Positions 38,134 through 47,921 of a stretch of 64,000 nt of DNA are shown here, one piece after another (the stretch's first letter is position 1; each line of letters begins with the position of its first letter). The notes under the pieces are model-generated. The model was not told where the DNA came from. It saw nothing but the letters and a program-made list of their open reading frames with translations, and did not search any database. The translations under genes were made by a program, and so were the position numbers. This DNA comes from Spirochaetia bacterium (GTDB lineage: Bacteria > Spirochaetota > Spirochaetia > UBA9216), in NCBI GenBank assembly GCA_963675665.1, contig OY776510.1, forward strand, positions 4,800,001-4,864,000. The letters run 5' to 3'.

Positions 38134-39084
38134 CTATTTTACTATCGTTCTGCTGTTTTTATCATGATCACTTGTTGCAAGCGACATTATTATTGCAATT
38201 ATACCCAGAACCGTGACCTGAATATCACGTCCGAGACCAATCATCAGCAATCCGGACTGCATCCAGGTTATTATAATTACCCCAATCACGGTTTTGTGCG
38301 GTCCGCCAACACCTCCCTTGAGAGAAGTACCCCCTGCAACAACCGATGCAAACAAAGGGATCATCATGTTAGAACCCAATTTTACAGACCCTCCGCCAAG
38401 CTGAGCTATATAGAGAATTCCAGCCAGCCCGGCCAGCATACTGCTTAGCATGAAAACAAAAATTCTATGCCGGTCGACATTTATCCCCGAAACAGCAGCC
38501 GCTCTTGCATTCCCCCCTATAGCATAGGTCTTTCTTCCGAACGAAGTTATAAGCGAAAGCAAAGTACAAACGACCCAGATTCCGATAGACCAGTAAAATA
38601 TTGAAGGAAGCCCTCCAATAAATGTTACTGATATCTTCCTGAACTGGTCATTATCTACCATTAATAAGAAACCTTTTGACGCCAAAAGCGCTATCCCGTC
38701 AATTACAACTGAAATACCAAGTGTAGCCATAAATGAGGGCACCTTAAGCTTTGTAAAAATAAAGCCGTTAACAAAGCCTATAAACAGACAGACCGCCAAT
38801 GTAAAAGGAATAACCATCAATCCCATTCTGTTTACGTTCATTACGGAGATAAGAGCTGCCAGTTTCATTACACTGACAACCGAAAAATCAAACGAGCCCA
38901 TCATTATAACCATTGTAAGCCCGCATGCAGCGATTAAAAAATACGACATTGAATACACAAGGGTTATAAGCCCCTGCCCGCTCAAAAATTCAGGATTAAT
39001 CAACTGGAAAACAAGAATAATGATAATCGATACAATAACAGGCATCATGTTTTTCATGTTTATACTTCTTTTAAATTCAATCAT
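38134..39084 (-). CDS. Sugar ABC transporter permease
   Basis: GSFDFS, PSFMATLG, AIGGN, GGTSLKGG. Confidence 0.88.
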   Translation of the reverse strand: MIEFKRSINMKNMMPVIVSIIIILVFQLINPEFLSGQGLITLVYSMSYFLIAACGLTMVIMMGSFDFSVVSVMKLAALISVMNVNRMGLMVIPFTLAVCLFIGFVNGFIFTKLKVPSFMATLGISVVIDGIALLASKGFLLMVDNDQFRKISVTFIGGLPSIFYWSIGIWVVCTLLSLITSFGRKTYAIGGNARAAAVSGINVDRHRIFVFMLSSMLAGLAGILYIAQLGGGSVKLGSNMMIPLFASVVAGGTSLKGGVGGPHKTVIGVIIITWMQSGLLMIGLGRDIQVTVLGIIAIIMSLATSDHDKNSRTIVK

Positions 39085-40055
39085 GTTATCAATACTCCTT
39101 TCATTTGTTTTCCCTTGGAACTGAGGATAATTGATCCTATAAGAATAATTCCTACGATAAGATCGATAAGCTCAGGCCTGATGGGAGAAAGATGCAGTCC
39201 ACGATATAAAATTGAAAAAGTAATCACTCCCAGAATTGTCCGCTGAGGTCCTCCGCTTCCGCCCACCAAAGGAGTTCCGCCGAGGATTATTGCAACCAGC
39301 GGCCTTATTGTATTATTAAGATTAAATTCAACGCCTACAGATCCTCCGAGATGCTGAAAAAGAATCATCGAGCCTACTCCGGAGAATGTACCGCTTAATA
39401 TAAAAGCCAGCATCTTATACTTTTCAACTTTTATACCAGAAAGCCTGGCGCCTTCTTCATTAGAACCTATAGCATAAAAATAAACCCCGATTTTTGTTTT
39501 AAGAATAAGAAACACCGCGACAACTATGACTGGTATCGCCAATAGAAACGGAGTTGGAATTCTGGGGATTAGCCGCGCAGTGATAAAACCAAAACCGTCA
39601 ACCTTGCGCGGATAACCTCCGGCAAGAAAAACAGTAAACCCATAGAAAGTAATCAGTACGCTTAAAGTCAGAATAAACGACGGCATTCTGCCTTTTGTGT
39701 GAATAAGTCCGATTATAAATCCGGTTAAAATCCCTACAACCGGAAATATCAACAAGGCCACCGGTCCTATCACAGGTTCCAGTTTCCAGAGGAAAACACT
39801 CCCCAACATCCATATTCCAATAAACGAAAGGTCCATGGAACCAAGTATCATTACAATTGAAGGACCTATTGCGAACAGCATCAAAGTAACAAACTGACGA
39901 AGGGTCGCCGTCATATTTATAGGCGAAAGGAACTGCTTGGTATACAGAATTGAGAAAACAGCAAACAGCAAAACCATAATGATTATGACAGGATAATTCT
40001 TTATCAACTGTTCAAGGATTTTATAAAATTTCTTGTCTTTCCCGATGTCTATCAT
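39081..40055 (-). CDS. Sugar ABC transporter permease
   Basis: GSMDLS, PSFILTL, AIGSNEEGARLSG, GGTPLVGG. Confidence 0.88.
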   Translation of the reverse strand: MIDIGKDKKFYKILEQLIKNYPVIIIMVLLFAVFSILYTKQFLSPINMTATLRQFVTLMLFAIGPSIVMILGSMDLSFIGIWMLGSVFLWKLEPVIGPVALLIFPVVGILTGFIIGLIHTKGRMPSFILTLSVLITFYGFTVFLAGGYPRKVDGFGFITARLIPRIPTPFLLAIPVIVVAVFLILKTKIGVYFYAIGSNEEGARLSGIKVEKYKMLAFILSGTFSGVGSMILFQHLGGSVGVEFNLNNTIRPLVAIILGGTPLVGGSGGPQRTILGVITFSILYRGLHLSPIRPELIDLIVGIILIGSIILSSKGKQMKGVLIT

Positions 40056-41587
40056 ATCTCCAACACCTCTTCCAATTCTTCAGCAGGAATCAGTCTCTGA
40101 ACTTCACCTTCCTTGAGCATCAGGATTTTGTCGCAGAGCATTGTATATTCTGAAACATCATCACTTACAAGTATCATTCCTGTACCGCAGTTTTTAAGTT
40201 CAAGTACTGTATCATATATATCTTCCCGTGCGCCGACATCTATACCTACCGTAGGATCTTCAAGAAGAAGCAGCGCTGAATTTTGTTCAAACCATTTTCC
40301 CACAGTAACTTTTTGCTTGTTTCCCCCGCTGAGCGTCTCAACTATAGTGTTAACATTATTCGCCTTAATACGCAGCTTCTTGAATATCCTTTCAGCCATT
40401 TCCTGTTCCCGACCGAAATTGATTATCGGGATAATTTTTGAAACAACATCAAGAATGTTCAGTATTGAGATGTTCTTTGATATTGACCAGTCATAAAAAA
40501 GTTCGTTGCTCATATCTCCTGAACAATACCCTATTCCACGGGAAAGCCTTATATGAGCTGCCTCTTTGCAGGGGATAGTCCGATCCATTACTTTCAGCGA
40601 ACCTTCCTCGAAATAATTTAAACCGGCTATCGCTTTAATTATCTCACTCTTTCCGGATCCAGCCGGGCCGAAGATTCCGATGCATTCGCCTCTTTTAATA
40701 TCAAATGAAATATTATAAAATTCGCCTTTTTTGGTTAAATTTTCAGCCTCAAGTATAACCTTTTCACAACCTGAACTTTTTTTCATTCTGGCTTTATTTC
40801 TATGCTCTATTACATCTTTCCCGACTATCGCTTTTGCCAGCTCTTCCTCTGTAAGCTTTTCCTTTGTCATATCATAATGCCCGACCCTTTTCCCGTCGCG
40901 AAGCACAATAAGCCTGTCAACACATTCCCGAATCTCCTGCATAATATGAGTAACAAAGATGAATGATGTGTTTGTTTTCATTGCAGTAATATCTTTTAGC
41001 AGGACTTTACGCTCTTCAATTGTTAAAGGAGAAGTGGGTTCATCCATGATAATTACAGATCCTCTTGACGGATCATCCTGTTCAAGCCTTACGCTTAGTA
41101 CCGCTTTTGCAATTTCTATCATTTTCTGTACCGACAATGGAAGTTCGTACAGGTAATCATCTATTTTACAGTTTATATTAAATTCTTTAATTATTTCGGC
41201 AGCATTAGCTTTCATTCTGCCTATCTGCAAACCGGTTCGTCCGGAATACTTTTCTTCATTACCAAGAAATAGAAACTGGTAAACCTTCAATGAGGGAATA
41301 ACTCCTTTTTCCTGATAAACTATCGAAATACCTTTCTGAGCAGCTTCTTTTGGACTTGCCGGAAAAGAAACATTTTCCCCGTTGTATTCCCAAACACCTT
41401 CGTCAGGGACATGTATACCTACAAGGGTTTTCATAAGAGTTGTTTTACCTGCCCCGTTTTCCCCCACAACCCCAACAATTTCATTTCTGAAAACATTTAA
41501 TCCTACATCGTCGAGTGCATGGACTACACCCCCGAATGTTTTTGAAACATTTTTTACACTTAATATTGGGGTATTAATCTCATCCAT
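40052..41587 (-). CDS. Sugar ABC transporter ATP-binding protein
   Basis: GENGAGKTT, MDEPT, LSGGNKQK, PTVGIDVGA; start at ATG 41587 or TTG 41593. Confidence 0.9.
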   Translation of the reverse strand: MDEINTPILSVKNVSKTFGGVVHALDDVGLNVFRNEIVGVVGENGAGKTTLMKTLVGIHVPDEGVWEYNGENVSFPASPKEAAQKGISIVYQEKGVIPSLKVYQFLFLGNEEKYSGRTGLQIGRMKANAAEIIKEFNINCKIDDYLYELPLSVQKMIEIAKAVLSVRLEQDDPSRGSVIIMDEPTSPLTIEERKVLLKDITAMKTNTSFIFVTHIMQEIRECVDRLIVLRDGKRVGHYDMTKEKLTEEELAKAIVGKDVIEHRNKARMKKSSGCEKVILEAENLTKKGEFYNISFDIKRGECIGIFGPAGSGKSEIIKAIAGLNYFEEGSLKVMDRTIPCKEAAHIRLSRGIGYCSGDMSNELFYDWSISKNISILNILDVVSKIIPIINFGREQEMAERIFKKLRIKANNVNTIVETLSGGNKQKVTVGKWFEQNSALLLLEDPTVGIDVGAREDIYDTVLELKNCGTGMILVSDDVSEYTMLCDKILMLKEGEVQRLIPAEELEEVLEI

Positions 41588-41637
41588 ATTCAATTACCCT
41601 CCGGGTATAAAACCTCAAACTTGTTTATACTTGTTAC

Positions 41638-41661
41638 CGGAACCGGCTGTTGCCGGTTCCG
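41638..41661 (-). terminator. Stem-loop downstream of SBP gene
   Basis: CGGAACCGGC-TGTT-GCCGGTTCCG. Confidence 0.55.
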
Positions 41662-41689
41662 ATATATTTTTTTAGATCAAATTACTTCG

Positions 41690-43102
41690 TTATTTCCATA
41701 CCGGGTCTAATTTAATTTCCGCCGGGAATTTCTTTGAATATTCCAAAGCTGCTTCTCTCGAAGTCATCCAGCTTATATCAAGGAAATATTCATGGAGCGC
41801 TGCTACATGAGCTCTTAAAGCTTCCTTGCTGCCGAATTTCTCGGTCATTGCAGGGAAATAATAGTCATGCGAACCAAGATATGTTCCACCTCCGGCATGG
41901 CGATCGTATTTAAGACCGAGTTCTTCACATTTGGCTTTTGACAGAAGCCTGAAATCATAAGGATAGTCTCCGCCGTCTTCGATTTTCATTAAAATCTGTT
42001 CCAGATTGTCTTTCAGCGGCCCGGTATTAAAACTTGGATGATCCGCAATACCTGCGGCTTCTGCAAGTTTTTCCAGTTCTCCCGGTCTTCCATATAGGTC
42101 CAGAGTTCCTGTCTGAAGCATTTCTTCTGATTCCGGATACCATGCGCCTACACACATATCGTATAACATCGGGACAAGCCGTCCGCCGAAATACGGAATT
42201 GCGAAACCTGATGTACACAGGAAGTTACCATCAAGTATTTCCTCGGCTGTTGTCATTTCCATGTCGCGAGCTGCTGAATATGGTCCAATATTAACACCTC
42301 GATCCTTAAGAGCATTGAGCGCTCCCATAGATATGGAATCATTTGCTCCCCATAGACCTTCATAATCAGTTCTTACGGACAATGCAGCTTCAGCAGCAGC
42401 CCGGCCGCCTTCATAGCCCCACTCGCCGTACTGGAAACCCATCAGTTTCATTTCAGGATAATTCATTAAAGCCTGATAAACTCCAAGGTTTATATATACT
42501 GTTGAAACAGTTGCTGCAGACTTGCTGCCCTGATTGATAAGGATATTTGATTTTCCATCCTCTTTCATTTTTTCCATAAGACATGTCAAAGGAATAAATG
42601 TCTGCTCATCTGAAAAAGGAGTGTTGTCAATTACCCAACGCGGACCAAAATCGCCGGGCATAATATCACCGGTGTATCCGAAATAGGTAGCCAAAAAGAC
42701 ATTATTATCATTGGCAATCTGGGTAAGTTCAGGAATTACCGACATATCCGGAACATTAAGGATTATTGCCTTTGCACCTGAGGCTATCATACTTTCGGCA
42801 ATCTCTATCCATTCGGATTGAGTACTTGCTACAGCACCTTTAAATTCAAGCCCCATCTGGTTACAAGCCTGCTCGATTGCCTGATATACCATAATGGCAT
42901 ATTCCTGTCCCAGGTGCCAGGTGATATGACCTATCAGAAAACTGTCTCCCGGCTCCGCATTTTTGTACTTCTGGGCCAACTCAGCCCTTGTAAGACTTGC
43001 ATCTTCTGCTGCATTCGATTCCTGCTGACCTCCGGCAAATATCATGCCGGCACATAAAACAACCAGGACGGTGAACAAACAGACCTTCATCCATTTCTTC
43101 AT
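41690..43102 (-). CDS. Long, divergent sugar ABC substrate-binding protein (470 aa)
   Basis: IFAGGQQE; GEW, WGANDS class I PBP motifs; first gene of an ABC operon. Confidence 0.8.
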   Translation of the reverse strand: MKKWMKVCLFTVLVVLCAGMIFAGGQQESNAAEDASLTRAELAQKYKNAEPGDSFLIGHITWHLGQEYAIMVYQAIEQACNQMGLEFKGAVASTQSEWIEIAESMIASGAKAIILNVPDMSVIPELTQIANDNNVFLATYFGYTGDIMPGDFGPRWVIDNTPFSDEQTFIPLTCLMEKMKEDGKSNILINQGSKSAATVSTVYINLGVYQALMNYPEMKLMGFQYGEWGYEGGRAAAEAALSVRTDYEGLWGANDSISMGALNALKDRGVNIGPYSAARDMEMTTAEEILDGNFLCTSGFAIPYFGGRLVPMLYDMCVGAWYPESEEMLQTGTLDLYGRPGELEKLAEAAGIADHPSFNTGPLKDNLEQILMKIEDGGDYPYDFRLLSKAKCEELGLKYDRHAGGGTYLGSHDYYFPAMTEKFGSKEALRAHVAALHEYFLDISWMTSREAALEYSKKFPAEIKLDPVWK

Positions 43103-43222
43103 AATAGAACCTCCAATATTTTTTAACTGTTCATTACCCGTAATGTCTGACTAATAAGCGCTCTTCAAACATCCGTATCCTGCACAGTCGTTTGTATTTA
43201 AAATTGCAGACAAAACAATCTC

Positions 43223-43238
43223 TGCAATTTTCATACCA
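43223..43238 (-). promoter_or_regulatory. sigma54 (-24/-12) promoter
   Basis: Minus strand TGGTATGAAAATTGCA = GG-N10-GC in the intergenic region upstream of the SBP. Confidence 0.7.
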
Positions 43239-43405
43239 CCTTCTGTCATGGAAATAAATATAAAATCTTATTCAAATTCATTTTATAAAATAAGATTTTA
43301 TATGATTTTTGTGCGGATCTTTCCACAACTAAACCATATCCAGTAATGAAACCCATATTTGAGCCCCCCGAAGATTAAGCCGAAGGGCCTGCAAATACGG
43401 AATAT

Positions 43406-43441
43406 TTTACAGATCTGTAAACTTCTTTACAGATCTGTTAC
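43406..43441. promoter_or_regulatory. Candidate enhancer (UAS): tandem palindromes
   Basis: TTTACAGATCTGTAAA (43406-43421, perfect palindrome) and TTTACAGATCTGTTAC (43426-43441). Confidence 0.6.
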
Positions 43442-43445
43442 AACA

Positions 43446-44225
43446 CTAAAGAAGCGTCTCCGGATCAACAACAGTCAGTCCGTACCGGCAGACAATCTCC
43501 ATACATTTAGCAAGCGGAGAAACAACCTCTGACGGATCATGCGCATCTGTACTGCAGACAGCCTGAACATCGTACTCCGAAGCCGTTTCCCAGAAGGAAT
43601 CGTATGGATATTTTTTATCCACCCCCAATTCAGTTCTTATATCAGTGCTGCTGAATCCGTTTCCGTTTATTTCCACAGGCACCCGCAAAGATTCAGCGGC
43701 AGCAAGAATATCTCTTGCGCAGGCTTTTGCATTTGAATCCCATGACTGATACCCCTGCATGAACAAATCCGGATGCGCAATAAAAAGAAAATACCCGCTC
43801 TCCATCATAGCTGTCTGGTTTTCTGCATATGCAACAAGATGCTGAACCGTAGAAACATCATCAACAAAGACCCAATCTCCCCTGAAAGGCACCCAGTGTT
43901 CTGCCCCAATCAGAAAATCAAACCTGCTGTTTTTAAATATATTTTCATCAAGATATTGTAAAAGACTTTCCGAGTACTCACATTCCAGTCCGGCATAAAG
44001 GCGCATATCAGGATTTTTCTTTCTGCTCTCATCAATAGCATCCAGATACTGTTCAAGTTCATCTATCCGCATTCTGTGTTCGGACCACCTCCCGGGAGGT
44101 AAGGGCGCATGATCAGCAAAACCCAGGATATCCGCACCCTCCGCCTTTGCCGCAGACACATAGTCTTCAACATCTCCTTTGCAATGATTGCATCTGAATG
44201 TATGGGTATGAAAATTTGGCAACAT
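43446..44225 (-). CDS. PHP-domain phosphatase (HisJ/HisK histidinol-phosphatase family)
   Basis: NFHTHT..C.H, DHAP, GLECE, AHPD, EIN, DAH. Confidence 0.85.
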   Translation of the reverse strand: MLPNFHTHTFRCNHCKGDVEDYVSAAKAEGADILGFADHAPLPPGRWSEHRMRIDELEQYLDAIDESRKKNPDMRLYAGLECEYSESLLQYLDENIFKNSRFDFLIGAEHWVPFRGDWVFVDDVSTVQHLVAYAENQTAMMESGYFLFIAHPDLFMQGYQSWDSNAKACARDILAAAESLRVPVEINGNGFSSTDIRTELGVDKKYPYDSFWETASEYDVQAVCSTDAHDPSEVVSPLAKCMEIVCRYGLTVVDPETLL

Positions 44226-44242
44226 ATTCTCCCCGGGTTTCC

Positions 44243-45307
44243 TTATGCATTAAAAAAAAGAATTTTGTTATAAGCAAACTCTCTGTTTTTTAACCGATCA
44301 AACACCAGCGGAGCCTGCTCCATCGGAAACCTGTGGCTGATTAATGCCTTAAGGTTCAACAATCCCGACGCCAGATACTCCAGTATGCTTCTCCATTCGA
44401 CACCTGGAAACGGTGCGGAATAACTGTTCCATGAACCAACCATGGATAATTCTCCGCGAACCATCATCTCAAAACTTTCTGCAGGAATATTGATATCTTT
44501 ATGAGCTGTTCCGAGAAAAAGAACCCTGCCCAAATTTGCACCGGCCCTGAAACATTGCTCCTGGGTAATCGGCGATCCGGCAGTCTCTATCACCACATCA
44601 GCCATATTACCTCCGGTCAACTCTTTCAGGATTTTCACAGGATCATCCTTCATCGAATTTATAATATAATCAGCACCGATTCCTTTTGCTTCACTCAGTT
44701 TCCCTTCTACAACATCTACTGCAGCTATCTTTGTTGCGCCCATAATTCGGGCAAGCTGTATAGCAATCTGGCCGATTGGACCGCAACCCAAAACAGCAAC
44801 AAAATCACCCGGATTAATTCCGACCTTCTTCATCCCGTGAAGAGTTACTGCTGCCGGCTCTACAATTGCGCCTTCATCAAAACTGACTTCATCAGGCATC
44901 ACAAGTATATTCCTCTCGGGCACAATCACATATTCGGTAAAAGCTCCGTCCCGTCTTGAACCTATAAAATCGTAATTTACACATTGCCCGTAATTTCCTT
45001 TGGCACAATTGGCGCAATTCATACACGGAATCATCGGCGCAACTACAACCCTGCTGCCGGGAATCACTGTGGTAACGGCTTCGCCGGCATCTTCCACTAC
45101 TCCGCTGAATTCATGCCCCGGAATAGTGGGAAAGTGATAAGTCCCCTTAAAAAGCACCCGGTCAAGATCAGAACCGCAAATTCCAGCCGATTTTATACGA
45201 ACAAGAACATCATTGCTGTTCTTTATTTCAGGCTTGTCTACCTGAACATACCTGAGATCCCCGGGAGCGAACAAGGTTGCACTATTCATTTTATCCATAT
45301 CATCCAC
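44243..45307 (-). CDS. Zn-dependent dehydrogenase, galactitol-1-phosphate 5-dehydrogenase-like
   Basis: GICGSD, GHE, C..C..C, FIGSRRDG, GSWNSYSAPFPG.EW typical of GatD-like enzymes. Confidence 0.8.
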   Translation of the reverse strand: MDDMDKMNSATLFAPGDLRYVQVDKPEIKNSNDVLVRIKSAGICGSDLDRVLFKGTYHFPTIPGHEFSGVVEDAGEAVTTVIPGSRVVVAPMIPCMNCANCAKGNYGQCVNYDFIGSRRDGAFTEYVIVPERNILVMPDEVSFDEGAIVEPAAVTLHGMKKVGINPGDFVAVLGCGPIGQIAIQLARIMGATKIAAVDVVEGKLSEAKGIGADYIINSMKDDPVKILKELTGGNMADVVIETAGSPITQEQCFRAGANLGRVLFLGTAHKDINIPAESFEMMVRGELSMVGSWNSYSAPFPGVEWRSILEYLASGLLNLKALISHRFPMEQAPLVFDRLKNREFAYNKILFFNA

Positions 45308-46363
45308 CTATTCGTTACCTATCAAAACCTTCAGGCCCTGCCCGCTCAGGGCAAATTCAAATGCCTCCGCCGCCTGCTCGATTGGAAATTTTCGGCTTAC
45401 CAGCCCCTTTACATCAACACGGTCGGACGACACTATCTTTATGGCCTTTTCCACATCTTCGAGATTGGAGCCTGTTGTGCCGAGAACGGTCAATTCTTTG
45501 TAATGAATAAGATTTGTGTTGAGATTGACAATTTCTTTACCTTTGGGCATTCCGCCGAAGAAATTAACGCGACCGTGTACACCTGCAATTTCAAGAGCCG
45601 ACTGTTGAAGCTCCGGAACGCTGTTGGCTGTTATTACAATATCAGCGCCTTTACCGTCTGTCATTTTCCTGACAGCATCTTCAAGGTCTTCTTCTGATGA
45701 GTTGATATAACAGTCGGCAACCCCAAATGCGCTTGCTTCCTCCAGCCGTTTTTTGTTTATATCAACAATTGCCACATTGGTAGAACCCGCAAGCCTGTTT
45801 ATCATTGCATGCATAATTCCAATCGGTCCCGATCCTACGACTACTACACTTTCTCCCGGCTTTGTATCAAGATGTTTATAACTGTTATAACAGCATGAGA
45901 ACGGTTCACAAAGTGCCGCCTCATTATATGAAAGGCTGTCCGGGATAGGCAGGAGGTTTCCCATTTTTATAGCTTGTGCCGGAACCTTCATATATTCCTG
46001 AAAACCACCGTCCCAGCTTATTCCGAAGGCTTCATAGGTATAGCACAATTGGTTATAACCTTGCCTGCACATTTCACAGACGCCGCAACCTACATTCGGC
46101 GGCACTACAATTCGCATTCCTACTGAAAAACGACTGACATTTTTACCGATCTCGACTATTTCTCCGGCTATCTCATGCCCTAAAACCCTCTTGCTTCCTT
46201 CCGGAATCTTAAAATGTCCAAACTTGTATATTCTTAAATCGGTTCCGCAAATCGCCGTTGCTTTAACCTTTATCAATATTTCATTGTCATCGATTTCGGG
46301 AATACTAACATCTTCAACCCGAATATCTTTGATCCCGCAGTAAAACGCTGCTTTCATCATCAC
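45308..46363 (-). CDS. Zn-dependent alcohol/polyol dehydrogenase
   Basis: AICGTD, GHE, CGVCEMC...C, GSGPIG, N.IHYKEL. Confidence 0.88.
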   Translation of the reverse strand: MMMKAAFYCGIKDIRVEDVSIPEIDDNEILIKVKATAICGTDLRIYKFGHFKIPEGSKRVLGHEIAGEIVEIGKNVSRFSVGMRIVVPPNVGCGVCEMCRQGYNQLCYTYEAFGISWDGGFQEYMKVPAQAIKMGNLLPIPDSLSYNEAALCEPFSCCYNSYKHLDTKPGESVVVVGSGPIGIMHAMINRLAGSTNVAIVDINKKRLEEASAFGVADCYINSSEEDLEDAVRKMTDGKGADIVITANSVPELQQSALEIAGVHGRVNFFGGMPKGKEIVNLNTNLIHYKELTVLGTTGSNLEDVEKAIKIVSSDRVDVKGLVSRKFPIEQAAEAFEFALSGQGLKVLIGNE

Positions 46364-46401
46364 TCCAATACAAAATCTTCAATTATATAGGTCAATTATC
46401 A

Positions 46402-47898
46402 TTATGACTCTATCCAGTTAGTAGTCCTGCCTACAGCCTTTATCCAGCCGGAGTAAAGCTCTTTAAGCTTATCTGCACTCATTTCTTCCTTAAATTTCTT
46501 GTCGAGGTCGAATCCTTTAACAATCTCGTCCTTTCCCGCCCAGAAACCAACCGCCAGACCTGCAAGATATGCAGCTCCACGTACGGTAGATTCAATTATC
46601 TTCGGACGTATTACCGGAATCCCCAGTATTGCCGATTGGAACTCCATTAAGAAATCATTTGCACACGCACCGCCGTCTACCTTCAGTTCAGTAGTGGCAA
46701 TCCCGGAATCATTCTCCATACAGATAATTACGTCCTTTATCTGATAAGCAATCGACTCCAGCGTTGCCCTGATAATATGATTGCGGTTTGCTCCCCGCGT
46801 AAGCCCAAGCAGGCCGCCCCGTGCGTACTGGTCCCAGTACGGCGCCGACAATCCGGTAAACGCCGGAACAAAATAAACCCCGTTGGTATCATTTACCTTT
46901 CTGGCAGCCGCTTCGGAGTCTTCGGCTTTCCCGATCAGTTTAAGCTCATCCCTGAGCCACTGAACCGCAGAGCCTACAGTATACAAAAGCCCTTCAAGAG
47001 CATATTCAACCTTTCCGTCCAGGCCCCAGGCTATTGTTGTGAGCAATCCGTTTTTGGAAGGCATCGGTTTAACACCGGTATTCATTACGAGAGAACCGCC
47101 GGTACCGTATGTGGCTTTCGTCATACCGGGCTCAAAACAGGTTTGACCGAAAAGAGCGCCCTGCTGATCGCCGATGGAGGAAGCAACCGGGATCTTCTGA
47201 CCGAAAAAAACCTCCGGGTCGGTAGTACCGTAGACTTCGCTCGAAGAGCGGACTTCAGGCAGCATTGAATCAGGAATTCCCAGCGCGTCAAGCATTGTCC
47301 TGTCCCATTCAAGCGATTTTATATTGAAAAGGAGAGTTCTGGACGCATTGGAATAATCCGTAACATGTACTTTCCCGCCTGTTATTTTATAGATCAACCA
47401 GCTGTCAATCGTACCGAACATAAGTTCGCCGTTTTCAGCCTTTTTCCGTGCGCCTTCAACATTATCAAGAAGCCACTTTATTTTCGTACCGGAAAAATAC
47501 GCATCTATAAGAAGACCGGTGTTCTCTTTTACATAATCATCAAGGCCTTCAGCTTTGAGATCTTCACATATAGCGGAGGTCCGCCGGTCCTGCCAAACCA
47601 AAGCATTATAAACGGGCAATCCTGTTGATTTCTCCCAAACTACCGTTGTTTCCCTCTGGTTGGTAATTCCGATTGCGGCTATATCACTGAACGAAGCGTT
47701 CGCCTTGCTCATGGCTTCAGTTACCGTCTTTAACTGAGCGTCGAGAATCTCCATCGCATCATGCTCAACATATCCGGGTTTTGGGAAAATTTGTTTGAAA
47801 GGACAGTAATCAAGCGATACAATTTCTCCTTTCGCATCAAACAGCACCGTTCTTACGCCGGTAGTTCCCGAATCAAAGGCCATAACATATTTCGACAT
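46402..47898 (-). CDS. glpK: Glycerol kinase-like FGGY carbohydrate kinase
   Basis: [51 protein letters not shown]; substrate may differ from glycerol (see findings). Confidence 0.8.
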   Translation of the reverse strand: MSKYVMAFDSGTTGVRTVLFDAKGEIVSLDYCPFKQIFPKPGYVEHDAMEILDAQLKTVTEAMSKANASFSDIAAIGITNQRETTVVWEKSTGLPVYNALVWQDRRTSAICEDLKAEGLDDYVKENTGLLIDAYFSGTKIKWLLDNVEGARKKAENGELMFGTIDSWLIYKITGGKVHVTDYSNASRTLLFNIKSLEWDRTMLDALGIPDSMLPEVRSSSEVYGTTDPEVFFGQKIPVASSIGDQQGALFGQTCFEPGMTKATYGTGGSLVMNTGVKPMPSKNGLLTTIAWGLDGKVEYALEGLLYTVGSAVQWLRDELKLIGKAEDSEAAARKVNDTNGVYFVPAFTGLSAPYWDQYARGGLLGLTRGANRNHIIRATLESIAYQIKDVIICMENDSGIATTELKVDGGACANDFLMEFQSAILGIPVIRPKIIESTVRGAAYLAGLAVGFWAGKDEIVKGFDLDKKFKEEMSADKLKELYSGWIKAVGRTTNWIES

Positions 47899-47921
47899 CT
47901 CTTCCTCCTCAATATCTGCGG

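Noticed and set aside
43406-43441. CRISPR-like or REP repeat; NifA/nitrogen-fixation link
   Set aside because: Only two units with no spacers or cas genes; TGT-N10-ACA-like sites are used by several sigma54 activators and no nif genes are present
43446-44225. Histidine biosynthesis role for the PHP protein
   Set aside because: No his genes nearby; the context favours a sugar or polyol-phosphate phosphatase, but this is unproven
44984-45697. 237-aa plus-strand ORF
   Set aside because: Antisense to two dehydrogenase genes; no motifs or RBS. The other short overlapping ORFs in the track were rejected likewise
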